Positions 16,753 to 23,668 are shown, counted from the first letter of the stretch. The stretch: DNA of 64,000 nt from a virus (IMGVR_UViG_3300027776_000002:1-64000), one strand, 5' to 3'. Notes: generated by a model from the letters alone, not told the origin. Translations and numbers: made by a program.

Positions 16753-17259
16753 ATGGTCATTAATGACATGAAATTACTAATTGCTGCTCCGATTAAGAAC
16801 ATGCTTGAATACAAGGACAAAGACCATGGTGTAAGTCATGGTCTGTCTGAAGCTGGCTACGATATTCGGATTGCTCAAAACATCGAGTTTAAAAAAGATG
16901 CTTCCGGTATTCAATGCGTTGGTGTAATGCCACCTGGACATGAACCTTCTTTTGATGAAGGACGATTTTGTATTGCATCAGCGATGGAAGAATTTGACAT
17001 GCCAACCCATCTGGTAGGCATTGTCCACGACAAATCTTCATGGGCACGTCAAGGTCTTTCCGTCTTCAACACGGTCATCGAACCTGGATGGAAAGGTTTC
17101 TTAACCCTCGAATTGGTTTATCATGGGAACACAGGTTTGGTTATTCCAGCTGGTGCTGGAATCGCACAAGTGATCTTCCATGAGTTGTCGTCGAGGGTTT
17201 GCTATGATGGCAAGTATCAGAACCAAGAGAATCGACCTGTTCCAGCTCGTGAAAGCTAA
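16753..17259 (+). CDS. dcd: dCTP deaminase
   Basis: AGYDIR, DKSSWARQG, VIEPGWKGFLTLE, IAQVIF, YDGKYQNQ. Confidence 0.92.
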   Translation: MVINDMKLLIAAPIKNMLEYKDKDHGVSHGLSEAGYDIRIAQNIEFKKDASGIQCVGVMPPGHEPSFDEGRFCIASAMEEFDMPTHLVGIVHDKSSWARQGLSVFNTVIEPGWKGFLTLELVYHGNTGLVIPAGAGIAQVIFHELSSRVCYDGKYQNQENRPVPARES

Positions 17260-17309
17260 CCGTCAATCGTTTCATGGGTTTATAAACCCCAAACCAAAGA
17301 GAGGAAACA

Positions 17310-17882
17310 ATGGCAACCAAGAAAACCGCTCGCAAAAGTGCGAAGAAGACAGCGACAAAGAAGGCTACTAAAAAACGTGCCTACACTCGTCGTACTCCGG
17401 TGGATGACAAACCGAAGCGAAAGTACAACCGCAAGCCGAAACCCGAACAAGCAGAAACAATTCCGATGACGGATACGGCAGCAGAACAGCCGAATCTGGA
17501 CAAAGTTGAAATTGCGGGCTATAGCGAAACTCAAAGCAATGCCAGTGTGCTACGAGAGATCCAGGTGATCGATCTGCGTGGTGCCAATACGGTTGAGCGT
17601 TTCACTGTGCTGGCGATGCTGGACAAAGAGGGCTACCTCACCGAACAGCTGAAAAGTCCGCTGGATCACGATCAGTTCCAATCGCATCTGTTCACGGATG
17701 CCATCGGGCTGAATCACAACAATAAAATCATCAGTCCTGCCGAATGGACCAATGCCAGTCGCAGTGCTCAGATCAGTCGTCCACAGGTTCGATGGAAGTC
17801 GTTTATCGGTTTCACAAAGCCGGATGCTGCTTACGAAGACACGCTGCAAGTCGGCAACGCAACCTACATTCGCGTAGGTTGA
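17310..17882 (+). CDS. Protein with histone-H1-like K/A/T-rich N-terminus
   Basis: MATKKTARKSAKKTATKKATKKRAYTRR...KRKYNRKPK; AGAGGA RBS. Confidence 0.75.
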   Translation: MATKKTARKSAKKTATKKATKKRAYTRRTPVDDKPKRKYNRKPKPEQAETIPMTDTAAEQPNLDKVEIAGYSETQSNASVLREIQVIDLRGANTVERFTVLAMLDKEGYLTEQLKSPLDHDQFQSHLFTDAIGLNHNNKIISPAEWTNASRSAQISRPQVRWKSFIGFTKPDAAYEDTLQVGNATYIRVG

Positions 17883-18002
17883 TCAAGATTCGGGAGTTCT
17901 CCTTCTCCCGATAGGTGAAATGCTTCTCCCCAAAGCTATCACCAAGCTGGTAGCCTCCCCTTCTATCAGCAGCTCCGTGGAATTCGGAGCATCGTTCCAC
18001 CT

Positions 18003-18236
18003 TCAGGGATGTCGAGCGGAGCGAAATCGGAATCTCCGCAATGTCATTAACCGATACGTAAAGCCCTTTGAGGCGAATACTAAATCGGAGGCTGGATGAC
18101 AAAGAGAAGATTTGCCCTCCACTGCCGGGGGATTAAACTAGGCTTTCAGGTAGAGTAGGTTCGTTACCTACTCGCGGTGGATCGCTTCTCCCACTAACAA
18201 ATGCTGGTGTTGTAAAAACGTACCAGCCATCCCTGA
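18003..18236 (+). ncRNA. Candidate ~234-nt multibranch structured RNA, family unknown
   Basis: Closing stem TCAGGGATG/CATCCCTGA with seven nested 5-8 bp helices, two directly stacked; strand assumed from neighbours. Confidence 0.55.
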
Positions 18237-18256
18237 CCTTTTCTGAGATCATCATC

Positions 18257-18391
18257 GTGATTAAACCAAAAAAGAAACCTATGCATCCTTGGCGGAATTT
18301 TGTTGCACACCCGCCAAAAAAGGATTACCGTCATTTTCCCGATTCGTCTCCAATTCGACAGCGTGCAAATCAAAAGAATCGAGCCAAATAA
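18257..18391 (+). CDS. Possible 44-aa basic peptide
   Basis: GTG...TAA frame MIKPKKKPMHPWRNFVAHPPKKDYRHFPDSSPIRQRANQKNRAK; weak RBS. Confidence 0.35.
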   Translation: MIKPKKKPMHPWRNFVAHPPKKDYRHFPDSSPIRQRANQKNRAK

Positions 18392-18400
18392 TCTTTGCCT

Positions 18401-18429
18401 TTGACAAAGTTGCAAAGGCATATTAAGAT
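18401..18429 (+). promoter_or_regulatory. sigma70-type promoter of the ncRNA cluster
   Basis: TTGACA-N17-TAAGAT; predicted +1 near 18436 coincides with the first base of a 20-bp stem. Confidence 0.75.
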
Positions 18430-18435
18430 CGTAAT

Positions 18436-18514
18436 AAGTGTTCAAGAAGCTGCGTATCGGGGCAACATCTTCCCAACAGCTGATAAGATTCAGCACGCAG
18501 CTTCTTGAGCATTT
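18436..18514 (+). ncRNA. Candidate 79-nt three-way-junction RNA directly 5' of tRNA-Pro
   Basis: 20-bp stem (18436-18455/18495-18514, two GU pairs) enclosing hairpins GGGG/TCCC and GCTGA/TCAGC. Confidence 0.6.
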
Positions 18515-18515
18515 T

Positions 18516-18592
<77 letters not shown>

Positions 18593-18595
18593 TTT

Positions 18596-18916
18596 ATGGC
18601 GTGGAACTTACTTACGGTCGGGCCTTACTTCCCATGTGCCAGAGTTCTTAATTCCGAGCAGTTGAGGTTCTCGGACACGTCGCCTAACACAGGCCAGTGT
18701 GAGCAGAGAAGTCTGATAGTTACACTTTCCAAACCCTGCTCGGGATGTGTAATCCCAAACAAAAAAGTCGTCGAAAGTGCGTCGAGGCTCGTTCTCGTGC
18801 CGGTACGATAACCCGGTCCCGAATCCAGATCTGCGCAAGTAGTTAATCAAATCTGATGGGTCTTATGCTTCCTGCTTGCATAGCTAGGCACGCCATCGCC
18901 GGATACAGTAACCGGC
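18596..18916 (+). ncRNA. Candidate ~300-nt structured RNA, family unknown
   Basis: Closing ATGGCGTG/CACGCCAT; internal stems TCCGAG/CTCGGA, GAGCAG/CTGCTC, GGGAT/ATCCC, CAGAT/ATCTG with GCAA tetraloop; trailing GCCGG/CCGGC hairpin. Confidence 0.5.
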
Positions 18917-18935
18917 ACTGAATCTCCACTAACTT

Positions 18936-19035
18936 TCTTTTCATGCGCTGCGTATTGACGAGTAGGTACGTAGGCCATCGACCCAATGGGGCAGTACCGC
19001 GAACGACGAAAGTCAGTGCGCAGCGCATGGAGAGA
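18936..19035 (+). ncRNA. Candidate ~90-100-nt rod-like RNA with asymmetric bubble
   Basis: 17-bp stem 18943-18959/19012-19028, extendable with GU pairs; 5/13-nt bubble; GGTAC/GTACC apical stem. Confidence 0.55.
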
Positions 19036-19053
19036 CGGGAACTGAAAAACACT

Positions 19054-19132
19054 TTCTTAGGTATCCGCCATATTGAACTGGTGTTGCGGACCCAGTTGAT
19101 GAACATCCCGGACATCGATACCAAATTAAGAA
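19054..19132 (+). ncRNA. Candidate 79-nt three-way-junction RNA
   Basis: TTCTTA/TAAGAA plus GGTATC/GATACC closing AACTGG/CCAGTT and GATG/CATC hairpins. Confidence 0.4.
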
Positions 19133-19189
19133 TGCATCTCCATTTAAATATCGGAGCGTATATGTCGTCGTTGGCAGTGAAGTTTCGAT

Positions 19190-19260
19190 AAAGCAATAGC
19201 TGTAATTCGGTCTTAAAATAAGTTGTTTGGACGCGGGTTCGATTCCCGCCAGGTCCACCA
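19190..19260 (+). ncRNA. ssrA: tmRNA acceptor piece of a permuted two-piece ssrA
   Basis: GGAC-GCGGG-TTCGATT-CCCGC-CAGGTCC-A-CCA; helix-2 3' strand AGCTGT...GTTGTTT; 5' boundary approximate. Confidence 0.93.
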
Positions 19261-19425
19261 TGAAACCCTCTCGTGTCGTAAGACTCTAAGGGCGTCGAAC
19301 TGCAAGAAATTGGTCTCTGCATCTTCGGATGGACATATATGAGAGACTGCTCAGTAGAGGCCATGCTTGAGCCTCTGCGTTTACAGCAAGGTGTTTCTGG
19401 CCGCAGTACGAGAGGGTTTCATCAT
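19261..19425 (+). other. Intervening segment of the permuted tmRNA precursor (165 nt, structured)
   Basis: Lies between CCA and G1; closed by a 14-bp perfect stem 19261-19274/19408-19421. Confidence 0.85.
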
Positions 19426-19623
19426 GGGCCTGCAAAGGTTTCGACAGGCAATGGATATAAAGAACGCAGCTGGACAGGCGACTGACCTAATCAGCGCAAA
19501 ACCTTAAACGCGAACGATGATGCGTTTGCTCCACAGCTGCGTCTCGCAGCTTAAAAGAGCATGGGGTAATGGAGAAGCCCTATAACCAAAAAGACCCCGC
19601 GTGGTCCCGGCGACACGGGACAC
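19426..19623 (+). ncRNA. ssrA: tmRNA coding piece; tag reading frame 19510-19554 = ANDDAFAPQLRLAA*
   Basis: 5' GGGCCTG pairs with CAGGTCC giving G3-U70; GGTTTCGAC D-loop; pk1 (AGG/CCT, CTGA/TCAG); TAAAC-GCG-AAC resume context; 3' boundary approximate. Confidence 0.93.
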
Positions 19624-19632
19624 TAATTTCTA

Positions 19633-19712
19633 TGCCATCTAATGCCGAGATTGGAATACGTAAGTAGATCCGAGTGAAAGGACAGGATAGACTGGCCCTG
19701 TTTAGATGACAC
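19633..19712 (+). ncRNA. Candidate ~80-nt three-way-junction RNA
   Basis: CATCTAA/TTAGATG closing stem; GGA-TAC-GTAA-GTA-TCC arm with GNRA loop; ACAGG/CCTGT hairpin. Confidence 0.4.
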
Positions 19713-19728
19713 TTTTCCGGAGAAATCC

Positions 19729-19899
19729 ATGGCAAGAAAAGAAAAAGCTGATGCTATTCAGTGGGCAATCAATCTCGCAGATAGTCAGATGAAACGAGAT
19801 GCTCGAACACCTGAAGAGCGTCATTATATTTACGAGCTGGAAGATCTAAAGAGACGATGCGAAGGTGACGGCTATCGCGCATTCAGTAAACCCACCTAA
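19729..19899 (+). CDS. Small hypothetical protein (56 aa, not in ORF track) at the end of the ncRNA cluster
   Basis: GGAGA RBS; MARKEKADAIQWAINLADSQMKRDARTPEERHYIYELEDLKRRCEGDGYRAFSKPT. Confidence 0.7.
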   Translation: MARKEKADAIQWAINLADSQMKRDARTPEERHYIYELEDLKRRCEGDGYRAFSKPT

Positions 19900-19918
19900 G
19901 CGGTGGGTTTTCTTTTTT
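19888..19918 (+). terminator. Intrinsic terminator closing the ncRNA cluster
   Basis: AAACCCACC-TAAGC-GGTGGGTTT followed by TCTTTTTT. Confidence 0.85.
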
Positions 19919-20026
19919 AGGAGATGTGTGATGTTAAATCCATCATTTGTTTTTCTTACGACAAAGAATTGCTAACAAGATCACCCTCAAACCACATTGG
20001 TACTTATACGAAAGGAAACCAATTCA

Positions 20027-20998
20027 ATGAACACCAAAGCCACAGCTACCATCGTTGCTGATAGCATCTCTCCAGATGGTATTCGTCTTCGTACATTCCA
20101 ACTTCGCTATTGGCGTCCAATCCATTCCGAGTTGATGACACATCGAGTCTTCTCTCGCAATGCTGGATCAAGTCGTGCACGTCCAAGTGCAAAGATCATC
20201 GAGCAAGTTCGTACTGATCCCTGGGGTCCAATTCATTGGGGAGCAAATGAACCAGGAATGCAAGCATCGAAAGAACACAACGAGTTGGTTTCAGTTTGGG
20301 AAGACAATCGTCAGGATCCATACAAGGTTGATAAGAAAAGTGCTTGGAAAAAAGCAGCAGCAAATGCAGCTAGTCTTGCGCATTCTTTCATGCAAGCTGG
20401 ATACCACAAGCAAATCGTGAATCGTTTGCTCGAACCTTTTACATACATCGACGTTCTTGTGACAGCTACAGACTTCAACAACTGGTTTGCTTTGCGAGAT
20501 CATAAGGATGCACAGCCAGAAATCCAAGAGCTGGCTCGACTGATGAAGTTCGCATCTGATGAAAGTCTGCCAAATCCAATCCATCTTGGTGAATGGCATC
20601 TGCCGTACATCACGGCTGAAGATTGGAAGGCAGCTGAGCGTTACTGCCAGATCAACCGAATCACTCGTGACATGCCGTCCTATCAGGAGAAATTGGAGAT
20701 CGTTCGTAAAATCTCTGTTGCTCGATGTGCTCGTGTGTCTTACAAGGCATTCGATGGCACAATCGCTCCAATCGAGAAGGATCTCGAACTATTCCATCAA
20801 TTACTCGTAAGTGAACCACTCCATGCAAGCCCAGCTGAGCATCAGGCAACACCTGATGTTTTGCAATATCCAGAATGGGATGTCGAGAAGCGTTGCGATG
20901 TAGAAGAGATGGTATGGGAACACCCAGAGTTGCATGGCAATTTCCGTGGGTGGTGTCAGTACCGCAAGATGCTCCCCAATGAATTCGTGCCGGGTTAA
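20027..20998 (+). CDS. thyX: Flavin-dependent thymidylate synthase
   Basis: ELMTHRVFSRNAGSSR, HKQIVNRLLEPF, SVARCARVSY, HASPAEH. Confidence 0.92.
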   Translation: MNTKATATIVADSISPDGIRLRTFQLRYWRPIHSELMTHRVFSRNAGSSRARPSAKIIEQVRTDPWGPIHWGANEPGMQASKEHNELVSVWEDNRQDPYKVDKKSAWKKAAANAASLAHSFMQAGYHKQIVNRLLEPFTYIDVLVTATDFNNWFALRDHKDAQPEIQELARLMKFASDESLPNPIHLGEWHLPYITAEDWKAAERYCQINRITRDMPSYQEKLEIVRKISVARCARVSYKAFDGTIAPIEKDLELFHQLLVSEPLHASPAEHQATPDVLQYPEWDVEKRCDVEEMVWEHPELHGNFRGWCQYRKMLPNEFVPG

Positions 20999-21023
20999 CC
21001 GTCATTGCTTTTTGTGGGCAACT

Positions 21024-21056
21024 GCCCTGCTAGGAAACTAGTAGGGCTTTTTATTT
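21024..21056 (+). terminator. Intrinsic terminator
   Basis: GCCCTGCTAG-GAAA-CTAGTAGGGC-TTTTTATTT. Confidence 0.85.
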
Positions 21057-21074
21057 CCACAAAGGAGCAAACCA

Positions 21075-23660
21075 ATGTTAGTTGCACATCAAGATGATCA
21101 CATCACTCATGCAGTCATCGGTGGTAAGAAGCAAATCAATTTCGGTATCTCAGACGATCCTGCATTCTTTCAAATCCTTTCTTCGGCTCTGTACAAAGAT
21201 CCGATGTTGGCGATGGTGCGAGAGACGATCTGCAACGCCTGGGATGCACATATCGAATGTGGTCGAGTCGATCAACCGATCCTCATCACTCTCGATGACG
21301 ACTACCTGACAATTCGTGACCACGGTAATGGCATCCTCGATGCCATGATCGGTCCAATCTACGGTGTCTACGGTGCGAGTACGAAGAAGAACGATGGTCG
21401 TCAGACTGGTGGTTTCGGTCTTGGATGCAAGTCGCCTTTCGCCTACACCGATCATTTCGAGGTCACTTCGTCGCATGCAGGGACAAAAACGATCTATAAC
21501 ATGAGCAAGTCATCTGCTCAGGTACAAGGCAAGCCGAGCATCGTTCCAATCGCTTCGTTTCCAACAACAGAATCCGGCATCACAGTCAAAATTCCGTTGA
21601 ACCCAGAAAAACACAACAATCGACTTCAAGAATTGATTCGACAAGTCGTCTTCAATGGTGATATTCGTGCATTGTTTAATGGCACTCAGCTTCCAATTCT
21701 CGGATTGGACGAGTCCGAATGTGGTCTCGTGCTGTTGAACCAAGAAGCAAATTCCAGGACCGACATTAGTCACTTCGACAAAGGTCGAATCTATGTTCGC
21801 TACGGCAATGTGATCTACCCCATCGAGAAGTCGAGTGAATTCGGTGAGCTTTACGATAAGGTCAGCAATCTTTTGAATCGGTACTACTCGTGTAAGCTCG
21901 TAATGCTGGCCCCACCTGACAGCATTTCGATTACTCCGAGTCGTGAAGCACTGACCATGAGCAACATCACAGTAGATACTGTGAAAAAATTACTTATTCA
22001 TTTCCTTGCTGTGTTCTTTAAGAATCAGGAACTCATGCATCGTCACAAAACGATGGTGTATGATTACGTAGACAATGCTGCAGAAAGAGATGCAATGTTA
22101 CATATGAAACTCCCACTAGGTGAGTGGATTATTCCTGGTATTCCTAATCTAGTGCAGAACAAGATCCTAAAGACCACGGATCAATTTGCATTTTTGGAAG
22201 TATTACTTCGATACAGTGGTCGTCGTGGTACTCTACAAGCAAATGTCTGGTTCAAGTTTATCACCAGATACTTGTGGAATCTTCAAGCAAAACACAATTT
22301 CGACAAGGGTCTGTTGCATCGTTGGTTTCGTACCATGCAGCAAAATCTCAAGAAAGTGAGTAATCCAAATGGAGATTACTATCTCCAGTCCGAGGAAAGT
22401 GAAATCGCCACCGAATGGTGGCGAAAGAATATTCTTGCTCCTTTGGTTCAAGAATTGATGAAGACTTTTCCTGGATTCGATAGAAAAAGTATGTATTTTT
22501 TGAGCAACAATATTGAGCATAAAAGCTACAAAGAAAAAGAAATGATCCCTGTTAGTCAAGTTGTGATGAATACGCACACACACAACCTTGTGCACTTACT
22601 TACTCCAACCGTGATTCTTTGTCACAACGCAAAGATGTTGCATCGTCGTTTAAAGAACGCAAATGAGGTGAATCTCGGTTGCAGTGGATCGATTGTCAAG
22701 AACGCTTATTTTGCAATCGAAGTAAGTCGAAAAAAAGATGTTGCAGAAAAAGCGTTGGAAAAGTTAAAGCTGATCCAAGGAATCGAAGTTCTTGATCTAA
22801 CGGGGCGTTTGCCGAATGAGCAAACAGCCTATGAAGAAAGACAGGCTGAAATTCTGAAAGTTCGTGCTGATGCGGCTGCAGGGAAGAAGATTCATATTCC
22901 ACTAGTGAAAAAGAACAAGGCAGGTCTAGTCCAATTCAATTACATCTTGGACAAAGCGAACAACAGGATTGATACAAAAATCTTTTCCGAAGCACTCGAT
23001 CCTGATCGTCTCACCAAACCAGAATTCGTAGTCTTGATCGCTACGGGCAAAGAAAGTCGTCATGATACTCCCAGCATTTCTGCTGCAGTTCTCCATGCAG
23101 CAGCAAGATTGTATGGCGACAAAGGTGCTGTGACGAATCGTAGTGATACATACGACAAGTACATCGAGAATGGAGCCATGGATTTTAATCTGTATCTGGT
23201 ACAAAAAATTTTACATGATGTAAGTACATCTCCAACACTGTTGGAGTACCATTCCACCGATCCAATAAAAATGGAGAAGTATATTCACAGCAAGTTGGGT
23301 TGGTACAACCGAGAGCCGTCCGTTCGATTCGTTGAAATGTTGTTGCAGAACCCAGCTGTACAACATCTGATGCCTGCTGTTCCGGTGTTGTCAGATGAAG
23401 ATCAATACCGCTGGGTAATCTGGAAAGAACTTCGTCAGATTACTCCACACTCAAAGAGAGCAGATCTGACTGCTATAGAAAAACAAGTGGAGGCGATCCC
23501 ACTCAAACAGGAGATCATTGATTTTCTTGATAAGCTGATCGTCAATCCGTTTCTCGGTCTCATTGACGTGAATTCTGCTTCCGAATTGCTTCGGACTCAC
23601 CAAAATGATCCAGTTGCAACATCCAAGATCGTTGCAGTTATCCAAACAATTCTCAGCTAG
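21075..23660 (+). CDS. rIIA: rIIA-like protein
   Basis: N-terminal GHKL ATPase motifs (VRETICNAWDA, DHGNGI, GGFGLG); adjacent to rIIB-like gene as in N4-like phages. Confidence 0.9.
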   Translation: MLVAHQDDHITHAVIGGKKQINFGISDDPAFFQILSSALYKDPMLAMVRETICNAWDAHIECGRVDQPILITLDDDYLTIRDHGNGILDAMIGPIYGVYGASTKKNDGRQTGGFGLGCKSPFAYTDHFEVTSSHAGTKTIYNMSKSSAQVQGKPSIVPIASFPTTESGITVKIPLNPEKHNNRLQELIRQVVFNGDIRALFNGTQLPILGLDESECGLVLLNQEANSRTDISHFDKGRIYVRYGNVIYPIEKSSEFGELYDKVSNLLNRYYSCKLVMLAPPDSISITPSREALTMSNITVDTVKKLLIHFLAVFFKNQELMHRHKTMVYDYVDNAAERDAMLHMKLPLGEWIIPGIPNLVQNKILKTTDQFAFLEVLLRYSGRRGTLQANVWFKFITRYLWNLQAKHNFDKGLLHRWFRTMQQNLKKVSNPNGDYYLQSEESEIATEWWRKNILAPLVQELMKTFPGFDRKSMYFLSNNIEHKSYKEKEMIPVSQVVMNTHTHNLVHLLTPTVILCHNAKMLHRRLKNANEVNLGCSGSIVKNAYFAIEVSRKKDVAEKALEKLKLIQGIEVLDLTGRLPNEQTAYEERQAEILKVRADAAAGKKIHIPLVKKNKAGLVQFNYILDKANNRIDTKIFSEALDPDRLTKPEFVVLIATGKESRHDTPSISAAVLHAAARLYGDKGAVTNRSDTYDKYIENGAMDFNLYLVQKILHDVSTSPTLLEYHSTDPIKMEKYIHSKLGWYNREPSVRFVEMLLQNPAVQHLMPAVPVLSDEDQYRWVIWKELRQITPHSKRADLTAIEKQVEAIPLKQEIIDFLDKLIVNPFLGLIDVNSASELLRTHQNDPVATSKIVAVIQTILS

Positions 23661-23668
23661 GAGGTACC

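Noticed and set aside
18016-18047. Cobalamin-riboswitch-like CCGCAATGT fragment
   Set aside because: The B12-box and GGGAA elements are not in the right arrangement, and no relevant gene follows.
17920-18099. 59-aa ORF MLLPKAITKL... overlapping the 234-nt RNA
   Set aside because: Poorly spaced RBS, Ser-rich unremarkable sequence and overlap with dense nested helices. Not listed as a feature but kept as the alternative hypothesis.
18680-18820. Twister ribozyme (GCCTAACAC and GCCGG motifs)
   Set aside because: Could not build the two pseudoknots or the P2/P4 arrangement.
18596-18896. RNase P RNA (CCAGTG..AGCAGAGA, CGAAAG and AACCCGG echoes)
   Set aside because: No GAGGAAAGTCC CR-I, no P4 pairing, and conserved regions out of order.
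18596-19364. Track ORFs 18596-18811, 18608-18850, 18843-19364, 18943-19191 and 19013-19261 as proteins
   Set aside because: No RBS, atypical composition, and they overlap the tmRNA and structured RNAs.
19261-19425. Group I intron in the tmRNA intervening segment (GAGAGACTG resembles the R element)
   Set aside because: No S element or P7 partner, too short, and permutation needs no splicing.
19633-19712. Hammerhead ribozyme (GAAA between stems)
   Set aside because: The CUGANGA core is absent and the U-H cleavage geometry does not fit.
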